This document shows, in pieces, positions 1-12,090 of a stretch of 64,000 bases of DNA. The translations under genes and the position numbers were made by a program. The stretch is from Macrostomum lignano (lineage: Eukaryota). Position 1 is the first letter of the stretch. Each line of letters opens with the position of its first letter. The notes below the pieces were generated by a model, which was not told the DNA's origin, ran no database searches, and was given only the letters and a program-made list of their open reading frames with translations. Location of the stretch: assembly GCA_002269645.1 (NCBI GenBank), contig NIVC01003610.1, positions 1 through 64,000 of the forward strand, written 5' to 3'.

Positions 1-734
1 AAAAAGGTAATAGACAAAATGACTATAAATTTTTGTTTCAATTTTTTGTTCATAATTTATTTTATAATGGAAAAAATGGCTTTCTTGAATTTAGATACAT
101 AAGATATTTCCAATTTTCCAATTTTTATGAATTTTTGCCACTTTTTAAGGCTGTCCAAAATGATAATAAAGCAAAAAAACTGCAAAAAATTACCCTCAGA
201 GGTAACAGGAGGTTGATTTGTTAATCTCCTGAGTAACTAGTGGTAATTTGATCTAAGCAGTTTTGGAAAATTGTATGTTTGAAAGTTGAACTTTTTTAGA
301 ACATAACTTTCTAATGTAAATTTTTTTTCCAAAACTTGATGAATTTATTCTTAAAAACATTTAGAAGGTTCAAATTTTATCTCTGAAAAAAGTGTCTATT
401 CTAAATTTTTTCATTCAATTTGTTATAGTGCAACAAGAGTGCCACGTCAGTTTACTTTTTTAAAAGTAATGCTGACTAATGGTTTGCCACCCACCCTTTA
501 CCACCCGCTTTTTGATTTGCTATTGTTCTCTCATTGTTGATTACTACTAGCTGTATATTCTTTACTTGTTTACCTATACTAATTTCTACTAATCTATGTT
601 GTCTCTATTCTAAAGTAACTATAGCTGCTAATATCAATTAGTTCTGATAGGATTATAATTGTTTCACTGTGGTTGTGTTTTTGATAAATTGTTGAATTTT
701 TAATTTAAGCTTTATTTCAATTTTCCTCTAGGAC

Positions 735-1058
735 CCCCCTTCAGTCTCTGAATTTATCAACCTAATCTTTAATGGACTCTATGCCTTTATTGAAGTTTAG
801 GTACATAAAATCAATCCCCATGAAGATTCTCCCACCCTAAAATCCCACATTTCCTATGCCCAGTTGTTGACAGTTGTCAGCCCCCTTGAGACTTGCCCCC
901 CCCCAAGACTTGCCCCCTCACCCCCTCAGTTTGCTAAATTTATCTACCTAATCTTCAATAGACCTATATCTCTATTGAAGTTTAGGTACATAAAATCAAT
1001 CCCTATGAAGAATCTCCCTACTCTAAAACCCATGTTCCCTATACCCTGGTAGTTGGCA
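735..1058. repeat. Imperfect tandem duplication (~135-bp unit, offset ~186 bp)
   Basis: 735-870 and 921-1058 share e.g. TTGAAGTTTAGGTACATAAAATCAATCCC.ATGAAGA.TCTCCC in both copies. Confidence 0.65.
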
Positions 1059-2039
1059 TTAAGCTACAAAAAGATGAAGCTCAAATTTAAAATCAGCACT
1101 ATCAAAAACTTTTATAGAGACAAAATTATGATCCTATTAAAACTGCAATTATTTTGTCTACCTAAAGTTCAAGAAAGCTAATAATTAAGCCATAGATAGG
1201 GACCATATGACTATTATATATAAGATAATAATACATGAGGTCTTGTTATTTTTATGGCATTAAACCTAATATACACTAATATATGATCCTAACTATGCCT
1301 GGATAATAGGCCTTAAATGTTTCAAAATTGACAATTTGAAGCTTTGCACAATGTAATATATTTGGTATACATTAGTATACATAAAAATTGGTTGTTTTTT
1401 CTAGGGTATATAATATAGCATTTTGAACTATAGATAGTATTCCAAACTATGGACTAAGAGCCCTACATTAGGCCTATTAGGCCAGGCCCCCTATCTTACT
1501 TAGGTTAGGTTAGGAGTCAGGAGTGCACACACTTATATACACACCAATGATGGTTGTTTTATCTGCTATTCTTTTGTTTGCAATTGCAAAAATATGATAT
1601 AATCATTTTGTTTACCTTAGAATATTAAGACTAAGGTAAGATGCTAGTACATATAATATTAAAACAAATATCTGTAAATATTAAAAAGTACTTTTAGTTA
1701 TAAGTAAAGATAAAGAACTTACTAAAATACAAATATAGGCCTATGTGTATCTAAAATATTGATTTTTCCCAAGTGACCCAAATATTGACTTATAGGCTAC
1801 ACTTGTATACTAGGCCTAACTTTTTGTTTATAATAAATAAACATTTCAATAGACAACAAATACATTATCATTATTGGATAGGCTCATAATAGCCAGCTAA
1901 TTGTATTTAACTGCAAACTCTATCTAGGCCCCTATATTATTTTTCTTAAAAAGATAGATAAACAAAATTACATTTGCAAAAAATGACATTGTATCATAGA
2001 TTCTTTTTAGTTTGGCATGAATTATTATTGTGACACTGT

Positions 2040-2200
2040 CAGTTTCAGTGGCCCTACCAAGGGCCATTTTGACATGGTACCAATCTTTAATATTGCCAGT
2101 TTTGTATTCTAACATCTGCTTAAAGTAGTGCCCTAAGAATTTTATTCAACTGCGTACAATTGTAAACTCTGTGTACAGCGTGCAATCAATAATTTCTGTT
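2040..2200 (-). mobile_element. Possible heavily degraded non-LTR (CR1/L2-like) ORF2 linker fragment
   Basis: With one frameshift the minus strand reads YNCTQLNKILRA../HYFKQMLEYKTGNIKDWYHVK. This resembles the LINE endonuclease-RT linker pattern (LN.LIR.AK..YY...L...GN.K..W). No RT core was seen. Confidence 0.25.
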
Positions 2201-2731
2201 CCTGTTTTTTGCAGTTAGCCAATAGAAATATGCCGCATAAATTATATTAATTTCTCTTGCATCCTCCTCCTAGCCTGGTCCTTATCAGTTCTGTCTGGCT
2301 GTGTACTTGGGCCTTTTCACTTTGTTTGTCATTTTGCTCGTCCCTTTTGTCTCTTGCTCTGCCTTTAGCTCTACCTCTCGCTCCGGGCGCTCTTGTCTAT
2401 CTTGTTATTTAGACTTTAATTTCGCCGCACCCCGTCTGGGGCCTTTGTCTGTTAGACTTTGTTAGCCTCTCGCACCTTGTGAGTCTATATAGCCTGTAGG
2501 CTCTGACTGCCTTGTTAAGTCACTTGCTTTCTCTCCGCCATAGTTCTAGCCATGTCTCTGCTAGTTCTAGCCATATCTTTGCCACTTTTAGCCACGCCAC
2601 ATCTAATACTTAAGCTAATTATTCTATTGTTGTATAGCCACCAGTGCAATATTAATCAACATAAAGAAGTAACAATAAACCAAATCTGCATCCTACATTA
2701 GGCCCTAGTAATAATGCTGATCCAATTACTG

Positions 2732-2911
2732 CAATAGTGGATTTAGAGGGGAGGCGCACAGGGCGCATGCCCCTTCATTGAGTTTGATTTTTTTGATTTT
2801 TTATATGGAAAAATACACATTATCATGTACATATACTTGTACATGATATGAATATATATGTACCTTAGTAGTCTGCGCCCACCCGTTCAAAATTTTCTGG
2901 ATCCGCTACTG
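2732..2911. mobile_element. Degenerate MITE-like element
   Basis: The left end CAATAGTGGATTTAG is an imperfect inverted repeat of the right end CTGGATCCGCTACTG. Subterminal GGCGCA/TGCGCC motifs; AT-rich non-coding interior. Confidence 0.4.
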
Positions 2912-4151
2912 TAGTATAGAAATAGGTAGGCCCCTCCCCTATATTATGATAACTAAAGTCAAAGATGATGATATTAACATGCTACAAATTAAATTAGAAT
3001 GTATTAGATAATTTTTGGTTATGCTTTGTAGTTTGTAATTTTCTTATTATAATAAAAGTAAACTTCTTAATCAAATCATAGGCCTATAAGTTTAGGCCTA
3101 GTTTATGTAAATAATCCAACAGCTCTAGCTATAGGCCCTAGCCATAAGGCATCAGACTCGACACTTGTGACTTAGACTTATTTTATTGATTTGGCCCTAC
3201 CTTTCACTTTCAGACAGCAAAGCATGGACTCTAACTTCGTTTAATTAACTACTTAGTTTAGTTACAGCTGTCTGTAGCTGTTGGACCACTCTAGCTAGCC
3301 AGACAACCAGTAACAGAGAGGTATAATTGCAAAAAAGTAGACGATAGACGGTACTCAAGTCAAGACACAAACGCGGGCCCCGTCGCGACTCGCAGGAACG
3401 ACACAATAATTAATTATTTTTTTATTTTTTCGTTAATCTTTTTTAAAAATTAGAGCAAAATGCAAAATCAAAATGTGTATTCACTTTTGTAAAGTAAAAC
3501 AAAACTCATCCTGTTTAGTGTAGCTGTGGCAGCAAGTTGTAATGATACTGCAACTTGATAAAAAAATAGCTATTATTGTTATTAGTAAATTAAAAATATT
3601 GCATTTTTATACTGACAATTTTATTGCTATATTAATACAGACAGCACAAGTTTGATCATGTCAGTTTTTATTCATTCAAAACATTGGCGTAGGAAAATCA
3701 AGCACCACTGTATATACAGTGATCCTTGGGAAAATGGGGCCGTAAGACATGCTAGCCCCGCCACCACTTTTTGAAATGTTTAAAATTCAAATGAGTTATT
3801 AATAAATTGCACATGGATTTCTTCTGATTATTTTAATTATATATATACTTTTAAGTTTATAGTGTTTTGCCTGGTAAATATTAGGCAATTAATGAATTAA
3901 GTAAAATGGTTACATAATTTCTTTTCAGTAGACTATACACACGTACACGTAACTTTGTTTGATCCATGGCGTTTTTAGAGCGAATAACACTTTGTACTCT
4001 CGCTGAGTCAATACTGATGAGGATGCGTGTTGAAATTCTCCTTACAATTGACAGCGGCTTGTACGGCTGGAGCCATAAGCTAGTGAGAAATGTCGGTGCA
4101 AGCAGTTTTGCGATGCGGACAATTCATACCTATATCTCTGACGGGGGGTGT

Positions 4152-4446
4152 CACTGGCGTGCATAGCATAGCGCGTGCACGCACGCTTCTTGCTTCCCGT
4201 CGTCAGGGTCCGAACAGGGGGGAAGGGGGAAGAACATGTCCCCAGTAAAAGCTATGGGGGAATGCCGAATGACAACGCCCCACCTACCTGGTGATCCGTT
4301 CTGGAAACTAACAATTTTGCTTCAGGCGCCAAAAAGCGCCTGTAGCGCCAAAACACCGAATCTTAAAAGTAATGTAGGAATTTAGTCATATAGATTTCTT
4401 GGCTGTTGCCCCCCCCCCACCATAAAAATTCATGGCGACGCCCCTG
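4152..4446. mobile_element. MITE-like element
   Basis: Begins CACTGGCGTGCATAG and ends CCCCCCCC...CATGGCGACGCCCCTG, with subterminal G/C runs typical of CAG(T/G)GGCG-terminated invertebrate MITEs. The termini are only partly complementary. Confidence 0.35.
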
Positions 4447-6109
4447 CACATCCACATGCGCATCTACATGGTGGCCTCTTCTGTGTCTGGGCGGAGCTGG
4501 TCGTCGAGTCGCAGTCGCATGTAACGGAGCAGGAATTCGGTGGTCTAACCGGAAAGCCAGCTAGCGATATCGCAGTTGATGACGCGAGTCCGGATCCGTT
4601 TAGCGACGTTCTGCCCTGTGAATTATGTACACTGCACTTACAGTTCAGTCCGCGTAATGCATGCCATTTAGCGAAAAGCTCCCTATTTGGCCTTCCCCAC
4701 ACGCCTAAAACCGAAGCACGTGTACACGCGCATCAGTAACATACAAGCATGTACATCTTAGTTGTTAGATAAGATCCTCTGCAAAAGCATTCTACCGCTG
4801 TGCTTGTGGTTATTCAGCTGTGATTCACGATTACAATAGTTGTGATAGCTGTGTAACGTTACATATTGTACCGCAGGTGTGATGTCATAGGCATTCTTTT
4901 ATTGCATTTGCACACATACGACAGTACACTACGTACTGATACGGGAGTCCTTTATTCGCTGGATTTCACCTAAGGAGACCTCCCACCTGAAACAACGAAG
5001 CAAGGCTAAAAGTTGTACTTGTGGTGCCAAATGTGACAGCTAGAACCGAGCGGAACGCAGGGCACGTGTAATTGCTTCCGTGAGTACAGCGCAAAAGTTT
5101 GACCACTTTAAACCCCATTTAACTCGTACATCTGCATTGACAAGTGATAATTTGCTTAGCCGATGGTCTGTCTACCTTAGCATTGGGCAAGGTGATTAAA
5201 GTTTGCTATTAATCGCAGGGAATGCACAGTCAGGCCATATTTCTTCTCTAACAGATCCATTCTTCGCTAACGGCGCCAGGATCCTCAAGGCTGCCCCTGC
5301 AAGTCGCCGGGCTCATGATGGATGAGGCACCGCTGTGACGCCACGCTGCTCTAATTGTTGGGAGTATCAGCGACCCTTAAAGAATAAACAGCACCATAAT
5401 CACCGCGCTTGTGTGCACAAATCCCTTCGCAGACGGGCCCAGGTCGGCTGCCAGTCTTCAAGCCCGAGCGAGACCCACCCGCCTTGGCGACAGAAAGTTA
5501 GCTCATGTCAGCCAAGGAAATTGCCACGGCCGATTGCAGCCGCGCCCCAAACTGCTCAAGACGCCGCCTGCACCAGCCTCCTCCTCCTGCTCCCTCACCC
5601 ACCAAACAAGCCGGGCAGCCTCGCTCGCGGCCGCTGCCGACGCCCTCGGCGTGTGAAGAAACCGCGGCCACGGAAGCGAACTGCAGACTTTCCCGGAAGC
5701 GGCCTCCACTTCCTCCGCCTTCTCCTTCACCCTCCTTCTTCTCCGCGGCAGAGTGGACCGCTTCATCTTGCCTCTCCGCCTCCTCATCGCTGCTACATTG
5801 TTGCCAGCGGCGGCTCTCAGCTTTGCTGCTTCTTTTTCCACTTGAGGCTCCGCGGCGGAGAGATGGGGGTGAGGATCAGACTGGGCCAGCGGGGGACCAA
5901 TTGTGCGGCGGAGGGAGAAACGGAGAATCGGAGGGGAGCCGCCGGGCCAGCCAGTGCCGGCCCACAGTATCGCGCTGTGTTCCATAAATTAGCAGCTGGG
6001 GTCATAATTTCCAACTCTCAGATTTCTATTCTCAGCATCGGGAAGTGCAGCAGAATATCGGTTGTCGCAGATTGTCCGCCAGAGCCCAGCAGCAGTCACT
6101 GGCGGCAGC

Positions 6110-9100
6110 ATGCGGCAGCTGGCAGCTTGCCTCATCTGTTGTGTTATTCTTTCGTCGAGCTTCGTGGAAGGTGAGCGAAACAAGCGGTAGAGATACTTTG
6201 GTACCAACTTACCTTTTTGAGCAGTACTGATTTTTTGGGGGATTTTGCCAGCAAAAAGTGCCAAACTCCATGCTCTTCACTGAAATCTACCTGTACATGT
6301 ACATGCTTGTACTTGGTAATGTATAAGTGCACTGAAAGGCCTTTTATATCCTACCCATAATTTAATCATTCACAAGGGAAAGCCTGACTGCAAGGTCATC
6401 TCTATTGGGGCCATTGTCCTTGTACTTCTTGTGTAGTACTTGTTTCGTACGAGCTACTAAGTCTATTTAAGCTACTTTTCATTTTTATAGAGTCACAGGG
6501 CCGCTAGAACAAACTTACAAGTAGATTAACTCTGAAAAACAATTAGTACAGATAAATCACCGAGTTGCGCTTGCAGCAGACCTACCGGTATTGTGGTAAA
6601 AGCAGCTTCAGAAAGGCAGCACGCCAGCCAAAATGCGGTCTGATTCGCTCACCAAGGCAAATCAAAGAGCTGACGCGCCGATTAGCAGAGGAGCCTGAAC
6701 TATTTCGGGGGCAACCCAAGCACTCAGGCAGCAGGGATGTTCCACACTGATGAAGGGGCTTGGATGAAGAGATGCGCCAGATTGGTAACTCCGCCAGCAC
6801 TCCGCAGAATCTGGAAAATCCGCAGCAGGGTAGGCAGATAGCATCAACTCTGGACAGCCGACCAGAGCCTGCAATAATAAAAGAGCACGGGACGGACTTG
6901 CCACGGGCTGAAGTCCCGGCAGTCAGCTGGGTAAATGCGACTAGAAAGCTCTTTGAACTGCAGGGCTGGCAAGGCTGGGTGGCGGCGGCTTGTGGGAGAG
7001 GGCAATAAAGCTGCTTACAAGACGGCATGGCAACACTCTTGTCTTGACCCTTGCTTGATTGCACCTGTCTGCACTGGTGACACACATTGTTACTTCTAAA
7101 GCCCTTGTCGCGCTTGTCCAACTACAGAAACTCCGGCGGCAAAGTGTCTGCGCTGTGGCCTGACATTTCGGTTCATAAAGGTGGGAGAGATGGGGAAGCA
7201 GGGCTGCGACCGCGGCACCTCACTACCGCATTGGCATTGTCGCATTGTCGCCTAAACGCCTCGCTCTCAAGAGGCAATTAGGACTCACCGAGGAAATTGC
7301 CAGCGTCCAAAATCTGGGCCGCAACCAGCAGTACAGATGCCTTTGATCACAGCAGCCCAGCAAATTTCCGGAGTCGCAGGAGCTGAAAGGGACTCATGCC
7401 TCGACGTTTTCGACGTTGCAAATGACTGCCATTTGCTTAAGTCTGTAGAAATTGAACCTCGGACCCATCGGCTCAGCTGTGGAAAAAACTTCAATTAAAC
7501 TGGATTTTCAATTACATCTTTCTCGGATTGGGGTTGCCGGGGTAATTTGAGCTGCCCTGAGAATTTACGGAAAGCTACTCAAAACACGAGCTGCCTCATG
7601 AAGGAACTCGGATCAAGTAATAAATTGTTCTGAAGTCAAACTGATTCAGCTGATGATGGCATCGATAAATAGAAGGAAGACAAGATATGAAGCATTGCCG
7701 GAAATGAGTTATCTGAAGAAGAAGAGTGCAACTATCTGAAATCTTTTATGAAAGGCGCAATTTAATGCTATCAAAATTGCATTCCCGTCTTCGCATGGGG
7801 CTGAGAAATTGACGGCGATGAAAGGGGCAGCATCGAACTCACTCATTCTTCTGCTCACGCAGAGCTCTAGAGCAGCTCAGCTATAATGCTTACTGCTCCA
7901 GCCCCAGAGTGCACCATAGCGCTCACTTGCCCGCTTAGCAGAAAAGGCTCAACACGGCAGTGCAGCAGTCAGGCGGTCTTGTTGCCGGTACGCTGAGCAC
8001 TGAACACGGGAGTCTGCCAACTCAGGCGGCAGGATAGTGCAGCGGCCCAGACAGCCTCAGCCGGGCGGCACAGCAGGGAGACGCTTTCCTCTCTCCCCGA
8101 CCTGGCAGCTTGTGGGCCGCCTTCGCCCACTTCTGCAACAGCAGCAGCAGCAGCAAAACGGGCGGCCTCCGCGACCTCTGAGCCGGACTCGAGAGGCGCC
8201 GCAAGTGGAGAAGGAGAAGAGGTCGGAGACAAAGACGGCGAAGGGAGGACGGGAGGGCAGACAAAGGTTTGAAGCGTTTGACTCTCCGCTCCGTTACCCG
8301 CCTCCCCATCCAGCTCCGAGAGATCCGGGGGATCAAAACACAGCGCGAGTCCCCAGCGATTGCGTGCTGGCGCAGCGCCCGCTACTGGCAGGCCGTCAGT
8401 GCCGCCCTGTCTCTCAAAAAAATCCGCCTATTATTGCGGGAGGAAGCTCATGCGGCACAGAGAGAGGATGCCGTGAAGGAGCAGGCAGCAGCAGAAGACG
8501 AGCCAGAGGCAGCGAAGCCGCCCTACTCTCTGGGCCCGGAGCTGATTCTCGGAGTGGCACTGACCCAAACACAGCTTGAGTCCCCCAATCAAAGCACTTT
8601 CAGAGGCTGCTTTAGCCAGGCCTGGGTTGTAAGGATGGGGATCCGCTGTCAGGAAGCGCCCTCCCCCCGCTACTGCGCCTCCTTGTCCCTCACCATCTGC
8701 AGCCCTGCCTGCCTCTGTCGAGTGGTCGCACAGCGGCCTACTGCGCTGCTTGAAAGAAGTTGCCATTTTATCTGACATTTTCCCTGTCAGGCGATTCCAC
8801 TCTCAGGTCGGCGCGTGGAGGGGTGACCCCGAAGGTTGTCAGTCAAGGGCCGGCAGCTCCGGACTCATTCCACCTGGCGCTCTCAGGGTAGACGCTGCGA
8901 GTCAAAGAGGTTTAGCAGTCCCGCAGAGGGTCAGTTTCAAATGGGTGACAAATTGCTCAGCAATTATTCTCCCCGCCCCTGGGTCTAAAAGGGCAAAGTG
9001 GATGGCTATTACCATGACAATGGCCTGCACTGCTACCCGTCGGTCCAGGAGCAACTCTCAGCCTGGACTGTTAGAGCACAATAGCGCCAACCTGAAGCTG

Positions 9101-10341
9101 AAACTTAAATTCAGTCAATAAACCCTGGACTGTGAATGCAAGCTGAACACTGAGCCCTGAAACCCGAGTTCAGAAGCATCACTACTTGACTCTGAAGCAT
9201 GAACTAGGATCGATTCTAGTGTCTATAAAACAAGCGAGAAAAAACAAGCATAAGAAGAAGCCATTTGCTTTGCAGGCCAGTCCGTGTGCGCCTGCACCAC
9301 CCCGGACTGCACCCTGAGCGGCGCGGACATCTGCAAGGCGCGCCACCGGTTCTGCTACTCCCGGGTTCGCGTCGCAGCCGCGAGCGAGCCCCAGCTGATC
9401 GAGAAAGGCTGCATCGGAGGCTGGAGAGCCGAGCGGGACTGCCGGCACAGCATGGTGTCACTGGTTGATGCGGACACCTACCAGGTGTGCTGCTCTGGAC
9501 CCTGGTGCAACGGCGCCCCTCTGGAGCGCATCCCGCAGCTGCGAGTCACTAGTGAGTTTTGACGGACAAAAGGATAGATAAATAGATAGATAGATAGATA
9601 GATAGATATATAGATAGATAGATACATGCATACATTCATTCCGACACAGTACATGGATCCCATAAAACATCAGCCCGCAGCCTGCCAGCATCAACAGAAG
9701 CCACTGCGTCACCACCGCAGTCTGCAGTGGCCGGCGCAGACCGCCTGTCCTCGCAGCAGGTATCTTCAGTCGTCTCGTTGTCTGCCGCAGCATCTGCAGC
9801 CCCCACAGTCTCAGAGTCAGCAGCAGCGAGAGACGCCGCGTCGCCCACCGCCGAGCCGTTTGCATCGGTCGGCGGCCGCGGCAGCCAGGAACCGCTGTCG
9901 GTGCTGCGGCAGGCGACGCCCTGGCCGAGCCAGCCGGTGCGCCGGTCTCCGGGCGGCTACCCACTGGACGCGGGCGTGTCCGACCTGGTGCACCCAGTGT
10001 ACATTGCTGTGCCCGTCATGTCGCTCTGCCTGATCGTCACCGCGCTGGCCGCCCTCGTTCTCGTTATTCGGCGCCGAGAGCAGCTGGAGGGCCCGCCCGA
10101 GCAGAGCCAGCAGCAGCGGCAGCAGCGGGGGGAGCATCAGCAGTACAGCATGTACTTCCGCAACTCTCTGCTCTCGCCAGAGCCGCGCCGCAGCCAGCAG
10201 GGCCACCTGCTCAGCTGGTGTCAACAACCGGAGCCTCCGCCGCAGCAACCGCAGCAGCCACAGTGCCGCAGGCCACTGCTGTCCTGTAATGGAGTTGGCC
10301 CGGATCCCAGCTGCCACCCCCAGCTGAATGACCTGGCCTAG
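6110..10341 (+). CDS. BAMBI: BAMBI-like kinase-less TGF-beta/activin type-I receptor-like membrane protein (3 coding exons, ~316-342 aa)
   Basis: Exon 1 (6110-6170) is a signal peptide, MRQLAACLICCVILSSSFVEG, with a GTGAGC donor in phase 1. Exon 2 (9276-9551) has C-x-C-x4-C-x7-C-x6-CYS...GC...C...CCSGPWCN, the three-finger ectodomain cysteine pattern of type-I receptors and BAMBI. Exon 3 (9650 or 9728 to 10341, both phase-compatible) has an S/T/A/P stalk, TM YIAVPVMSLCLIVTALAALVLVI-RRR, a Q/P-rich tail and a TAG stop, with no kinase domain. Orthology to BAMBI is inferred from architecture only. Confidence 0.75.
9573..9624. repeat. (GATA)n microsatellite in BAMBI-like intron 2
   Basis: Directly visible GATA run with small interruptions. 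Confidence 0.9.
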
Positions 10342-10597
10342 AGAGCAGAGCACAGACCCAGCTGAATGACCTGGCCTAGAGAGCAGAGCACAGACCCAGC
10401 TGAATGACCTGGCCTAGAGAGCAGAGCACAGACCCAGCTGAATGACCTGGCCTAGAGAGCAGAGCACAGACCCAGCTGAATGACCTGGCCTAGAGAGCAG
10501 AGCACAGACCCAGCTGAATGACCTGGCCTAGAGAGCAGAGCACAGACCCAGCTGAATGACCTGGCCTAGAGAGCAGAGCACAGACCCAACTGAATGA
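10319..10597. repeat. 38-bp minisatellite, 7 full copies plus a partial copy
   Basis: Unit CAGCTGAATGACCTGGCCTAGAGAGCAGAGCACAGACC starts at 10321, 10359, 10397, 10435, 10473, 10511 and 10549, with a partial copy at 10587. Confidence 0.95.
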
Positions 10598-12090
10598 AAC
10601 GTACTGCATGTAATTAGATGAAATTGGATGTTAAAATCTGTTAAGACATCAAAATCCGTATTTTTCTTGTCCATGTACAGTGTAGCAATGCACAAATCCG
10701 TATTTCGCTACTTGAAGTAATCAGGACGGACATTCGAATGTTCGGTACAGATTTTAAATCGCAGTCTAATACTGCTTGCTGTTCCTAGACTGATCATTGA
10801 CCATCCCATAACCCTTTTGGTGTCCCAAATTTGCATTGAAATCGTTGTTCAGTCTTGTTCACAATCGCGCTTTTCTCCGTGACATTTTGGAACTCAAATT
10901 AAACTTGTGAACACAAAAGCAAACGCAAATGAGAGTAGTTGCTGCTTTAAGAAATCATTTGCTGCCAGAGTTACGGGGGGAGGGGCTGGGAGGATTAGGA
11001 TTTAGCCGTGGGACAAACTGAAAACAATGGAACTAGCTCGTATTTCTCCTTTTTTTGTCATTTTTTTCTACTAATAAAACTGCGCCTGAGGCCGTCGGAA
11101 TGTGCGCATTGAAATTTTCCATAAACAACCAGTCGGCAGCTTCGTAAAGATGAAAAATGGGTTATATTTTGTCAAGGGACTCCGCATTTTGGGTCTGTGA
11201 GCCTGTGTGAAGCCACATTAATTTAAGAATTTTGACGATATTCGGGTGAGTTAGTCACAGCTGCTCTAACCCCTATGTGAGCGTGTGCCTACCAGTGCAT
11301 TCGTGTGTGTGATTACTAATGCTGTCGCTATGCTCTCGTTAGGGCAGATTCAGGCATTTTTATCATATTGTAATAAGCCAAAAACCTCTTCAGGAAACCC
11401 TGGCTAAATAGCAGTGAGTGGTACGAGATGCTTGCATTAGCTGGGAAAATCATGCTTTTGCTAACTAAACAACAGCAACAACGGACGGAGGGGCTGGAGG
11501 CTCGCATTCAGCGTGTTGATGATTAGGCCGCAAGACTTGATGTCACCTCGACCAACCTTTCAATCTGGGAAAGGATCTGGAACTGACAAAGACTACCAAC
11601 AGTTAGGAATTTCGTAGGACTTGGATATCGGAGCGGCCACCCATCTGCATGAGACGGACATCGATAGCAGTTCCGATGACAAATCCAATTTGTGACGCTC
11701 GAATAGACATTTTAATTAAGCCCAGAAAAGGATGTCGCCAACACTTGAACACGAGCGTAATTACCTGCGGCAATTATGTAACTAATACATCGCGTGCGAT
11801 TGGCTGAACTTTGGAAAGCAACAAACACCTGCAGTTGGATCCGAGAAACATCAGCCATGGGCATCAATAAATCAGGGTCAGTGAAGCAGAGTTGTGGCTG
11901 CCCATCCACGCAGGGTTTAAAAAACAAAGCAGATAGATCGATTAGGACTCGACCGCAGCCATGCTAGGAGATCATTAGTCTGTTTGCAAGGCTAGAATAT
12001 CATTTTGATAGCGGGTATAATAGCTCACTGCTTTTGGGTATCCTGCTGGACTCAACTCTCAATGGAAAACTCTAGGAAAACAGCGCAGGT

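Noticed and set aside
190-245. Short hairpin CAGGAG...CTCCTG resembling a terminator
   Set aside because: The context is eukaryotic AT-rich DNA with no associated gene, and the hairpin is too short to support a call.
4446-4735. Stop-free plus-strand stretch (…VWAELVVESQSHVTEQEFGG…) next to a MITE-like element
   Set aside because: No start or splice support and no recognisable domain.
6565-7121. ORFs on both strands inside BAMBI-like intron 1
   Set aside because: No homology recognised and they are interrupted by stops; they are consistent with chance ORFs in GC-balanced intron sequence.
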